64,000 nucleotides of DNA, taken from assembly GCA_016208615.1 (NCBI GenBank), contig JACQXS010000003.1:5675-69674 (forward strand), read 5' to 3'. The stretch comes from Candidatus Stahliibacteriota bacterium. GTDB lineage: Bacteria > Hydrothermota > UBA3073 > JACQXS01. Below the pieces are notes generated by a model that did not search any database, was not told the origin of the DNA, and saw only the letters and a list, made by a program, of their open reading frames with translations. Positions 45,449-56,604 of this stretch are shown here, piece by piece. Within the stretch, counting starts at the first letter, position 1; each line of letters starts with the position of its first letter. A program made the position numbers and the translations under genes.

Positions 45449-46351
45449 TTATTTCTTCCCACCTTTTCCCACATCCTTTTCCGGAATGAATAGGCGTAGA
45501 AGAATAGAATTCGCACCTATTGGCTTGAACTCATACTTATGTGTGCCTTTGGGAACTGACAATAAAACCGTTTTACCTACCCCGGGGGTATATTGTCCCT
45601 TTGACGCAGAGCTTGACACATCAGACTTTTTTGTCTTAAAAGTGAATTCTTTCTTCTCGCCCTCTATTACCTGTAGTCCATATGTTTGTTCGCCTTGCAT
45701 TTGAGGAGTAAACTCAAGTCTGGTCATTACCTTTAGCTTCGTAGGTCCGACTACTTCTACGGTTACTCCTTTTTCCTTAGTTGCCTTATAATAAGTTCTT
45801 TCTTTCTCTTTGACAAGTATCTTTTCCACAGAGCTGTAAGTTTGCGGTGAAAACGAAGCATACTTAAGTTTGCGTAGCGTTCTATAAAATCGGACATATC
45901 CTATACCATTTTTGGGCTCTGTAAGACGCAAACTAAACTTGTGTGTGCCGCTTGGAACATCAAGATAAACATTTTTTGGCTTACTTATAGTGTTTTTCTT
46001 GCCAGTAATGGATGAGACTTTGGAGGGTTCAGTACTAATAACAAATTCTTTTGACTGTTTACCATCCTTAACTACTTCAATCTTATATTTCTCTTTGCCT
46101 TTAAACCCTTCTGGCAGCTCAATACGAGTACGAATTTTTAGTCTCGTCGGTCCCTTTACACTAATACTGATAGTAGCATTGGAATCAAACTGGCAATAAT
46201 TAGCTTTCTTATCCTTAACTACTATTTCTGCCTTATTGCATTTAATTTTACTTAAAGGTTTCCAGCTAACCTTTTTTGCCTCGACTATACCGTTTAATAG
46301 GTCCCCACCTAAGATGCAAGTTTTTGAACATTTTTCTCTCTTTGACTCCAT
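45449..46351 (-). CDS. hypothetical protein with two tandem ~125-aa beta-rich domains
   Basis: Internal duplication: VKGPTRLKIRTRIELPEGFKGKEKYKIEVVKDGK...VPSGTHKFSLRL versus VVGPTKLKVMTRLEFTPQMQGEQTYGLQVIEGEK...VPKGTHKYEFKP. No signal peptide is seen with this start. Confidence 0.5.
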   Translation of the reverse strand: MESKREKCSKTCILGGDLLNGIVEAKKVSWKPLSKIKCNKAEIVVKDKKANYCQFDSNATISISVKGPTRLKIRTRIELPEGFKGKEKYKIEVVKDGKQSKEFVISTEPSKVSSITGKKNTISKPKNVYLDVPSGTHKFSLRLTEPKNGIGYVRFYRTLRKLKYASFSPQTYSSVEKILVKEKERTYYKATKEKGVTVEVVGPTKLKVMTRLEFTPQMQGEQTYGLQVIEGEKKEFTFKTKKSDVSSSASKGQYTPGVGKTVLLSVPKGTHKYEFKPIGANSILLRLFIPEKDVGKGGKK

Positions 46352-47088
46352 AGAAAAGGGGTAATACCATATTGCATAAGTGCATTAATATACTCAGGAT
46401 TTATCTCTTTCTTTATTCCAGTTCCATTATCATTTAAAACTCCATAGGCAGTAGATTTGGGTTCCCTTACTTCGGATATATCGTTCCATGCAAACATTAA
46501 TAATGAAATATTTTGGCGGTTAGGAGCGCCAATAGCTCTAAGTATTCTCTCTGGTTGTTTTTGTGAGGCTGGAATTACAAAATCAAATGAGTGGTCTAGT
46601 CTGCTTTTTCCCGCAAACTTGACAGAAGAAGTAAATCTAATTTGATGAGTGCGCAAATATTTTTCTACATCCTCTTTGAAAAAACGACTTACCATTGGTT
46701 CAGCTGTAACAAAAAGGTCATTTACAGCAAGTATTGCTTGAATAAGATTGTGTTTTCTTTGTGGGAAATTATTCCCTCTTGCTTCTACAATAAGTTCATC
46801 TCCCTGAAGTTGGATACCAAAACCATTTAGTATAGTATTAAATACTTGCAATCTGTTTTCAGTTGAAAGCTCAAATCCACTTGATTCTAAGTCTCTAATG
46901 GTATAACCATCATCTGTAAGAATAAACTTATCATTTGAACGCTTCACATATATCTGCAACTGGTCATTGTGCCTATCAAGAAAAGGAGTAGTAATCTCAC
47001 AAATTCCATTTATATTTTCTACGCTAATTTTCTGACGAAGCCACTCAATATAAGTATTAACTAAATCTTGACAGTCCTTTAAAATCAA
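46309..47088 (-). CDS. DUF1828/DUF1829-like two-domain protein
   Basis: EITTPFLDRHNDQLQIYVKRSNDKFILTDDGYTIRDLESSGFEL...RKHNLIQAILAVNDLF resembles my memory of the DUF1828 N-terminal domain, followed by a DUF1829-type C-terminal domain. Not verified by search. Confidence 0.5.
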   Translation of the reverse strand: MILKDCQDLVNTYIEWLRQKISVENINGICEITTPFLDRHNDQLQIYVKRSNDKFILTDDGYTIRDLESSGFELSTENRLQVFNTILNGFGIQLQGDELIVEARGNNFPQRKHNLIQAILAVNDLFVTAEPMVSRFFKEDVEKYLRTHQIRFTSSVKFAGKSRLDHSFDFVIPASQKQPERILRAIGAPNRQNISLLMFAWNDISEVREPKSTAYGVLNDNGTGIKKEINPEYINALMQYGITPFLWSQREKNVQKLAS

Positions 47089-47558
47089 AATAGCCCTCCT
47101 TGAACTTCAGGTATTTCAGTAACATTACAATAGTAAAAGAAATCATCTAAAGTTGCACGAATATTCTTTGTTCTTGAAAATTTACCTGATGGAGATGGGA
47201 TTGCCCATTTATCGTCAAATCCTTCCACATAAAGATGTAAATGTGGACAAAGTATAGTCTGTCCATTATAGGGTTCAAGGTAAGTAAGAGGAACATTTAC
47301 TACTTCTGGATTAGGATGTGGGGAACCGTCAACATCAAGACGCACAAGGATAATTGTTCCTTGATACCGATTTTGATAAGTACATTTGGTAAGTTTAATT
47401 CTTCTTCTATTTATATCTATTAGAAAAGGCTCGCGTTCATCTGTAGAAATAATAGGAATAACTAATCTTTCCCCTGCTAAAGGAAAATTATATCTTTCTT
47501 CTTTAACCCTCTTCTTTTGTATAGCAATAAGTCTATCTGCTTCAGATTGATTAAGCAT
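47085..47558 (-). CDS. uncharacterised 157-aa protein (C-x-YQ...LVRLD...HPNP...CPHLHLY motifs)
   Basis: Its start overlaps the upstream gene's stop by 8 nt, and its stop overlaps the next start (ATGA). The His/Cys-rich conserved-looking block is KCTYQNRYQGTIILVRLDVDGSPHPNPE...CPHLHLYVEGFDDKWA. Confidence 0.5.
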   Translation of the reverse strand: MLNQSEADRLIAIQKKRVKEERYNFPLAGERLVIPIISTDEREPFLIDINRRRIKLTKCTYQNRYQGTIILVRLDVDGSPHPNPEVVNVPLTYLEPYNGQTILCPHLHLYVEGFDDKWAIPSPSGKFSRTKNIRATLDDFFYYCNVTEIPEVQGGLF

Positions 47559-48663
47559 TCTTTTTTTCTCTCTTTCTCATAAAGTAATACCAAATATCTA
47601 CTCTTAATAACAAGAATGTCAAGATACATAAAATAATAAATGCCAAAATAGTTCCCGCGACATTGTATTTGATTTTGAAAAATATAGTCCCTTCACCAAT
47701 TTCTGGTAATGGAATAGGGGCAATAGGTAACTTGTATCGGCGTGCTATAATATCTACATTAAGCAACTGAATAATAGGGAGACCGCGTTTTGACATTTTA
47801 ATTATCACTCCTTCGGCGGGAAAGTTTTTCATCCCTAATCGCTTTGATACCCCGGGTGGTATAATCTTTCCATTTTGCGTACTTCCCAAACTTGCTATAC
47901 CGCCACCGATGTTGATATATGCTTTAATTCTTTTGCCTTTACTGCGGGTGTCATAAATTTTCATCCGTTTATTAATACTCTCTTCTAAAGTATTCTCTTC
48001 AATCAAGTCCACTTTATTTCGGCGGATAACAGATTTCAGAAGCTCTCTGCTATGAATAGTTAATCCTCGCCCTATATCACCACCACCTCCAATAGAAGCA
48101 GCTACTGGATAAAAATGTATAAGCCCTTTCTCTTTAAGTGTCTCCGCAATGTCTAACCATGTAAATTCAGTATCCGTAGCTCCCCAACTTGAAGCACCAA
48201 GCGAAGTTATAATAATAGGTTTAAGCTCCATTGCCTCTATAGCGGCATAAACTGCAAGGTTCAAGCCAACCAATGAACCCGTCTCTCCTATCGCTATAAT
48301 ATCACCTTTCTTTAATTTACAGGACTTTAGCATATCAACTATCACGGCTGCAAAATTAGGGTTTGACGCCGTAAGTTTTGCAGTCAGGTCACCCCTATCA
48401 GTAGTTATTATAGTAAATTCCGGTCCTATAATCCCTGTTTGATTGGGATCATTTACCTCGTCTATGACAAGACCGATGAACTCTTTCTTTTCCTTGATTG
48501 TGTGTTCAAATAGGTCCATAAGCCGGGCAGCTTTTATTTTATAAGAATAGTATTTACTGCGTTCCGGTTGCTTTGTTTTCTCTACATACGCATAAATAAG
48601 TATAGCAAAAATTGCCAAGGCAACTACATTGGCTATCGGAATTTTTCCTGCTCTCCACCTCAT
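47551..48663 (-). CDS. poly-gamma-glutamate system protein (PgsW-like, TIGR04332-like)
   Basis: One N-terminal and one C-terminal TM. The large domain contains ...GIIGPEFTIITTDRGDL.AKLTASNPNFAAV...IGGGGDIGRG...NIGGGIASLG. The ATG at 48663 overlaps the pgsC stop (ATGA). Family assignment is from memory and adjacency to PgsC. Confidence 0.5.
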   Translation of the reverse strand: MRWRAGKIPIANVVALAIFAILIYAYVEKTKQPERSKYYSYKIKAARLMDLFEHTIKEKKEFIGLVIDEVNDPNQTGIIGPEFTIITTDRGDLTAKLTASNPNFAAVIVDMLKSCKLKKGDIIAIGETGSLVGLNLAVYAAIEAMELKPIIITSLGASSWGATDTEFTWLDIAETLKEKGLIHFYPVAASIGGGGDIGRGLTIHSRELLKSVIRRNKVDLIEENTLEESINKRMKIYDTRSKGKRIKAYINIGGGIASLGSTQNGKIIPPGVSKRLGMKNFPAEGVIIKMSKRGLPIIQLLNVDIIARRYKLPIAPIPLPEIGEGTIFFKIKYNVAGTILAFIILCILTFLLLRVDIWYYFMRKREKKNA

Positions 48664-49112
48664 AGTAATATAAGTTTGCCTCCTGTGAGTAAAATAAGCA
48701 ATAGCCGCACAAAGATAGCCGTAACTATCATCACACAAAGAGTGCTTACTATGCCCTGCCTATCCATCCAATTAGCAATAAGACCGGGAATAATATAACC
48801 CACTACCATCAGTTCAGCTGAGAAATTGGGCAAAGCAAGGATAAGCAATCTGCGACAAAGTTCACCATAAATAAAGCCAATCAAAATGACAATTACAAAC
48901 CTACGCTTTCCATAGATAAACATAAGATTAGAAAGCATACGAAGAGTTAAAAGTGCCGCTATGGCTATGACTATTGTGATGAGTATAGTCAATGGTTTAT
49001 CCATCATAAGAGCAATATACCCGGGAACTACCATTCCACCCGCAGTTACACCAAGGGTTTCAGAAAAAATTAAACTAATAACTAATCCCAATCCTATTGC
49101 TTGTGGTACCAT
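48660..49112 (-). CDS. pgsC: poly-gamma-glutamate biosynthesis protein PgsC/CapC
   Basis: 150-aa 4-TM protein. LIFSETLGVTAGGMVVPGYIALMMDKP and YGKRRF...GYIIPGLIANWMDRQG parallel Bacillus CapC (..IFAEKTGIVPAGLVVPGYL..; YGRRKF; GIIVPGLIANTIQKQG) as I recall it. Confidence 0.75.
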   Translation of the reverse strand: MVPQAIGLGLVISLIFSETLGVTAGGMVVPGYIALMMDKPLTILITIVIAIAALLTLRMLSNLMFIYGKRRFVIVILIGFIYGELCRRLLILALPNFSAELMVVGYIIPGLIANWMDRQGIVSTLCVMIVTAIFVRLLLILLTGGKLILL

Positions 49113-49151
49113 ATTTTTACTTTACCGCTTCCCACCTCTTTTGTCAAGCTT

Positions 49152-49904
49152 TTAAAGTTCCACTTTCATCCCATCATTAGCAGCAATAACTTGTAGACCC
49201 AGCTCGTTAGTTATTTTATCTGCTACTTCCCAAGGTTTTGACTTTATTATTTGCATCCCAAAATGTGTAAGAATAGTGAGATTTGGCTTGGCTTGGCTTA
49301 TTATTTTTTTAGCATCCTCAATACACAAGTGGTCAATTTCAGATGGCTTTTCCCTTAATACATTGATGATAAAAGTATCTCCGTGATAGTAAGTTTCAAT
49401 GCCTTCAAAATACTTTGTATCCGCAATATAAGATATACTTTGCTTGGTGCCGATAAAATTTATCCCATAAGTTTCGCCTCCATGTCTGTGTCGGATAGGG
49501 GTATTAAATTTAATACTCTTTAACTCATATTCTCCTCCCTCTTTAAGTATTTCTATTCGTGGGATATATTTTCTAATATACCTGAGTATGACCGGGTCAT
49601 CCTCCAACGCATCTTCTGGTGCAAATACAGCACCTCGGGGTTCAAATCCGCCTTGTGTCATTGCCTCTATCATTACATTTACATCAGCTGAATGGTCAAG
49701 ATGACGGTGTGATAAAATTATACCATCCAGTGTTGTTGGGTCAAGATTAGATTTACTATTTACACACCTTACAAGACATCCGGGGCCCGGGTCAACGAGC
49801 ATTTGAGTTTCATCCAGCGTTATCCATATTCCACCGGAGGCACGGATTTGCTTAAACACAACTATCCTTGCTCCACCGCTACCGAGGAATACAATTTGGC
49901 TCAT
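49152..49904 (-). CDS. MBL-fold metallo-hydrolase
   Basis: MSQIVFLGSGGA..., LVDPGPG, and ILSHRHLDHSAD (the HxHxDH motif). The start is set at the internal Met (49904). Confidence 0.85.
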   Translation of the reverse strand: MSQIVFLGSGGARIVVFKQIRASGGIWITLDETQMLVDPGPGCLVRCVNSKSNLDPTTLDGIILSHRHLDHSADVNVMIEAMTQGGFEPRGAVFAPEDALEDDPVILRYIRKYIPRIEILKEGGEYELKSIKFNTPIRHRHGGETYGINFIGTKQSISYIADTKYFEGIETYYHGDTFIINVLREKPSEIDHLCIEDAKKIISQAKPNLTILTHFGMQIIKSKPWEVADKITNELGLQVIAANDGMKVEL

Positions 49905-49993
49905 TAAGTTTATTTTAACATAAATTTTGTAATATGTCAAGCCAAAGTGTAAAAATTAGTTGCTTTTCTCTTATCAAAAGATAAAATAATAAT

Positions 49994-52570
<2,577 letters not shown>

Positions 52571-52571
<1 letters not shown>

Positions 52572-53245
52572 TGAAACATACTTATTTTGACCCTAATATA
52601 CTTTCAAGGATAAAGTCATTGGAACTCAGGGCAAAGTTTATCGTAGAGGGTTTTCTTATCGGCATACATCGTAGTCCATATCATGGCTTTTCAGTAGAGT
52701 TTGCCGAACACCGTCCTTATCAGCCGGGGGATGAGCCGAAAAAGGTAGATTGGAAACTTTATGCCCGTAGCGAACGCTTATATACTAAGGAATTTGAAGA
52801 AGAAACTAATATGTTAGTTTATATTATCCTTGATGTCAGCAATTCTATGAACTATTCTTCCGAAGGTATAACAAAATATGAGTATGCGGCAACGGTTGGG
52901 GCATCGCTTGCCTATTTACTTATTCATCAAAAGGATGCGGTTTCACTTACGCTTTTTGATAAAGAAATTCGCTCCTACTTACCACCATCAGGGACAAAAC
53001 TTCAGTTTGCACGGATGATAAAAGTTTTAGAATCCACTACCCCATCTGAGCAGACCCGAATTCCCGAAGTCCTTGACACAATTGGAGTTAAGATAAAGAA
53101 AAGGGTACAAGAGTTTATCTCCGGGTATAAAAAAGCATTTCACTCACATAATATAGATTATCTTTTATTACCTACTTCTGCTGCGATTGAAAAGTCATTA
53201 GTCTTTTATCTGGCAAGACGCAAAAAGATGAACTTAATTAGATGA
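52571..53245 (+). CDS. DUF58 (vWA-like, Bat/MoxR-operon type) protein, shorter than usual
   Basis: RSPYHGFSVEFAEHRPYQPGDEPKKVDWKLYARSERLYTKEFEEE...ILDVSNSM is canonical DUF58. The region between ...IKKR and VQEFISGYKK appears to lack the usual ~60-aa SDF-containing segment. Confidence 0.7.
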
Positions 53246-54816
53246 ACTTTCTATCACCAGTCTTCTTATATAGTTTATTTGCTTTGCCTATTCCCTTTAT
53301 TATTCACCTATGGCATAGGCATAGGCTAAAAAAAATCTGGTTCCCAAGTATCTCACTTATTCAGCGTGCTGAACGAGGTGAAAGGGCATTTAGGAAACTT
53401 AAAGACCTTATCTTGCTTTTGCTACGCACATTGACGTTACTTTTTTTGAGCTTGGCATTTGCCAATCCTTCTATCTGGGTAAGACAGAAAACTGCTATAC
53501 TTGACGATTCGTGGGATATGTATGTTAAATCAGGCAACTCTACTGCGTTTGAAATGGGCAAAAAGGAAGCACTAAAACTTAAAGATACAAAAATATTGCT
53601 CGCCTCCGGCACCACATATCCCTCAGAATGTAAGTATCAAAAGTTCGGGCTCCCAGTTCAAGATGTGGATTATATTATTACGATAAAAGATAAATTACCA
53701 GATACTCTTAATCCCAAGCTAATAGAAATTGACTACGATAAAGATAACTTTTCAATAGATTCCATATCTTCCACTTCTTCTGTTTTTCTTGCCTTCATAA
53801 CAAATCATACACAAGAAAAAAAAGGCAGACTTGTAACACTGTCAGTAGATAGCAAAAGATTTGAGTCTCGTGCTTCTATTTCACCCTATTCCACAACTCC
53901 TGTCGCCTTTCCACCAATTTTGGAAGCGTGTATATGTTCGGTAAGGATTGAAGAAACTGATGTCCTTATGCTTGATAATACAAGGTACTTTGTCCACTCA
54001 CCGTTGCCAAAATTAAAAGTACTGGTCGTAGGTAATAGAGAAGAAGCTTTTTTCATTAAAAATGCTCTATCACCTGAGGGAGGTGAGTCAAAAATACAGG
54101 TAGAAATAAGTCCCCAGCTTACATCTCCTACTGCCTACGATGTTATAGTTTTTATTGGCACTCCTTCTACACTGAATAAGAATACGATTTATGTACCGAT
54201 AGAAGCACCCGGAGTAGAAGGCATATTTATAGATAAAACCTCGCATCCAATATTTGCGGGCTTTGAATTTATAGATGAGCTTAAACAAATTAAATTCACA
54301 AATAGGCAAATCTCTACTTCGCCCTTAAAAGCAATCGCTACCTTTTCTGATGGCACACCTGCCATTGTAGAGCATAATTTAAGTGGTATAGAGTTTATGT
54401 TTCCATTAAACTTGCAATCCAAAGCTCTTATTCTTTCACCTCTTTTCCCACCCCTAATGCAAAGAATCGTTTATTGGTCAGCAGGTAAGCCCATAGAGGA
54501 GCATAATTTTGTTGTCGGTAATACTGTGCGAAGCAAGGTGAAAGATTTTAAGCCCTACAAATGTATAGGCGGTAAGCAGGAAATATCTCTTATTCCAAAG
54601 GTTGAGCCAACAGGGAGTTATGTATATTTTACAGCTGAGCGACCAGGGATTTATGAGATTGACGGAATCGGTAACTTTGCAGTTAATCTGAGCAACTCGC
54701 TGGTATATCCTACTCTTAAAATAGAGGACTCCAAAGTTCAAATAAGTCTTAAAAAATGGCTTTTCTTGCTTGTATTAGTTCTATTAACTGCTGAACTTAT
54801 CATTCGCAGGATATAA
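53242..54816 (+). CDS. BatA-type N-terminal double-TM domain protein (aerotolerance-operon-like)
   Basis: MNFLSPVFLYSLFALPIPFIIHLWHRHRLKKIWFPSISLI is the TIGR02226-like N-terminal double-TM motif. It has a C-terminal TM and its start overlaps the DUF58 stop. Confidence 0.65.
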   Translation: MNFLSPVFLYSLFALPIPFIIHLWHRHRLKKIWFPSISLIQRAERGERAFRKLKDLILLLLRTLTLLFLSLAFANPSIWVRQKTAILDDSWDMYVKSGNSTAFEMGKKEALKLKDTKILLASGTTYPSECKYQKFGLPVQDVDYIITIKDKLPDTLNPKLIEIDYDKDNFSIDSISSTSSVFLAFITNHTQEKKGRLVTLSVDSKRFESRASISPYSTTPVAFPPILEACICSVRIEETDVLMLDNTRYFVHSPLPKLKVLVVGNREEAFFIKNALSPEGGESKIQVEISPQLTSPTAYDVIVFIGTPSTLNKNTIYVPIEAPGVEGIFIDKTSHPIFAGFEFIDELKQIKFTNRQISTSPLKAIATFSDGTPAIVEHNLSGIEFMFPLNLQSKALILSPLFPPLMQRIVYWSAGKPIEEHNFVVGNTVRSKVKDFKPYKCIGGKQEISLIPKVEPTGSYVYFTAERPGIYEIDGIGNFAVNLSNSLVYPTLKIEDSKVQISLKKWLFLLVLVLLTAELIIRRI

Positions 54817-54869
54817 AAACATTTGACAACCTAATTTTTTGAATTAAAAAACAATGAGGGGGTGAAAAG

Positions 54870-55337
54870 ATGCCAAAAATAACACCAGTAGAATTGAGGA
54901 CGATGGAGTTTAAGAAAGTAATGCGTGGCTTTGATGCTGAACAAGTGAAAACTTACATTGAGCAAGCAGCAAATACGATTGAAGAATCGGTATTAGAGAA
55001 CAAGCGACTATCTGAACGGATACAAGAATACGAGAAATTGGAATCTATTATCAGGGATACCGCTATCCAGGCACAGCAAAGATTGAAAGCTGAAGAAGAA
55101 CGGGCAAAAAAGGAAAGTGAATTAATTATTGAGCAGTCAAAACAAGAAGCAGAAAAGCTGCTTGATGAGGCAAAAAAAGAAAGAGAAAAACTCACAAATG
55201 AGCTGGCTACCTTAAAAACAGAACGCGATAGATTTGTTGTATTATTTAAGGGAGTACTCAATTCTCTACTTTTGATGCTGGATGAGGAAGAATTTTTAAA
55301 ACCCCCAAAAGAGGATAAGAAACTAAAACAAGAATAA
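54870..55337 (+). CDS. DivIVA domain-containing protein
   Basis: ITPVELRTMEFKKVMRGFDAEQVKTYIEQ is the DivIVA N-terminal motif, followed by coiled coil. Confidence 0.85.
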   Translation: MPKITPVELRTMEFKKVMRGFDAEQVKTYIEQAANTIEESVLENKRLSERIQEYEKLESIIRDTAIQAQQRLKAEEERAKKESELIIEQSKQEAEKLLDEAKKEREKLTNELATLKTERDRFVVLFKGVLNSLLLMLDEEEFLKPPKEDKKLKQE

Positions 55338-55372
55338 AAAAGCCACAGATTCACAGAAGGAGGGAGGAAAGT

Positions 55373-56191
55373 ATGAGAGTTATGATAGAAGAAGCTGTTA
55401 AGTCAATTAGAGGTAAGACAAGTTTTGAGCCCAAAATAGGTATTATACTTGGGACAGGACTCGGTCAGTTGGTAAAAAGCATAGATGAAGAAATTTCTAT
55501 CCCCTATAAAGAGATACCACATTTTGCAGAATCTACGGTTGAGTCGCATACAGGCAAACTGATATTTGGTAAGCTTTCAGGCAAGTCAGTTGTAGCAATG
55601 CAGGGCAGATTTCACTATTATGAGGGCTATTCAATGCAAGAAGTTACATTTCCTGTTAGGGTGATGAAATCATTGGGCTGTGATTTACTTATAGTTTCCA
55701 ATGCTTGTGGTGGAGTGAATCCACTTTTCAATCATGGTGATGTAATGCTCATTTGCGACCACATAAATCTTTTGCCTGATAATCCGCTACGGGGTAAAAA
55801 TGACGATTCACTCGGTCCAAGGTTTCCTGATATGTATAATGCATACGATAAGGAAATAATAGAATTAGCAGAGCGTGTGGCACTACAACATGGGATTGGA
55901 GTTAAAAAAGGCGTCTATGTAGCGATGTCGGGTCCCTGTTTTGAAACATTTGCCGAATATAGGATGGTCAGAAATATAGGCGGCGATGTGGTAGGGATGT
56001 CCACGATTCCGGAAGTCATAGTAGCACGGCATAGCGGGATGAAAGTATTGGGGATTTCAATTGTTACAGACTTATGCTTTCCTGATAAACCTCAGGCTGT
56101 CTCTCACGCAATTGTGATAAAGGCAGCTAATGAAGCAGAACCCAAACTTACTAAATTAGTGGAAGAAGTGGTTAGAGAGATAGAAATATAG
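55373..56191 (+). CDS. punA: purine nucleoside phosphorylase (PunA type)
   Basis: GIILGTGLG, STVESHTGKLIFG and MQGRFHYYEGYSMQEVTFPVRVMK..G...LIVSNACGGVN are typical of trimeric PNP. Confidence 0.9.
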   Translation: MRVMIEEAVKSIRGKTSFEPKIGIILGTGLGQLVKSIDEEISIPYKEIPHFAESTVESHTGKLIFGKLSGKSVVAMQGRFHYYEGYSMQEVTFPVRVMKSLGCDLLIVSNACGGVNPLFNHGDVMLICDHINLLPDNPLRGKNDDSLGPRFPDMYNAYDKEIIELAERVALQHGIGVKKGVYVAMSGPCFETFAEYRMVRNIGGDVVGMSTIPEVIVARHSGMKVLGISIVTDLCFPDKPQAVSHAIVIKAANEAEPKLTKLVEEVVREIEI

Positions 56192-56231
56192 AAATTAAGT
56201 AGAAATTGATAGAAATTAAGTAGAAATTGAT
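56181..56231 (+). repeat. left array: 5 x TAGAAATT units (8-11 bp spacing)
   Basis: Units start at 56181, 56189, 56200, 56210 and 56221. They include a 21-bp unit TAGAAATTAAGTAGAAATTGA x2, and overlap the punA stop and the 4HB gene start. Confidence 0.85.
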
Positions 56232-56604
56232 GGGTAAGTATATTGAGTTTGAGAAGCTTGAGGTATGGCAATTAGGAGTAGAGCTTGTTAAAGAAACTTA
56301 TAGTCTAATCAAAGGTTTCCCGGACGACGAAAAATATGGTCTCTCATCTCAATTAAAACGGGCATCTGTTTCAATTCCTGCAAATATTGCCGAAGGATAT
56401 GGCAGATACCATTATCTGGAGAAGACAAATTTTTATCTTAATGCAAGAGGCTCTTTATTTGAATTGAGAAGTCATCTATTAATCGCCAAAGAACTTAATT
56501 TAATAAATACACCGAACTTAGAGAAATTGCTCCCACTCGTAAATAAGTTAGGCGTTAAGTTAAATAATCTAATTACATCTACAAGAGAAAAGAAGGAGGA
56601 TTAA
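56230..56604 (+). CDS. four-helix-bundle protein (23S rRNA intervening-sequence protein family)
   Basis: FEKLEVWQLGVELVKETYSLIKGFPDDEKYGLSSQLKRASVSIPANIAEGYGR....E...FL..A.GSL.EL..HL.IA is the hallmark of the TIGR02436/PF05635 family. Confidence 0.85.
   Translation: MGKYIEFEKLEVWQLGVELVKETYSLIKGFPDDEKYGLSSQLKRASVSIPANIAEGYGRYHYLEKTNFYLNARGSLFELRSHLLIAKELNLINTPNLEKLLPLVNKLGVKLNNLITSTREKKED

Noticed and set aside
49152-49940. Could the gene upstream of pgsC be the missing PgsB ligase?
   Set aside because: It carries the HxHxDH motif (HRHLDHSAD) and has the size of an MBL-fold hydrolase. It lacks a Mur-ligase-type P-loop, so it is not PgsB.
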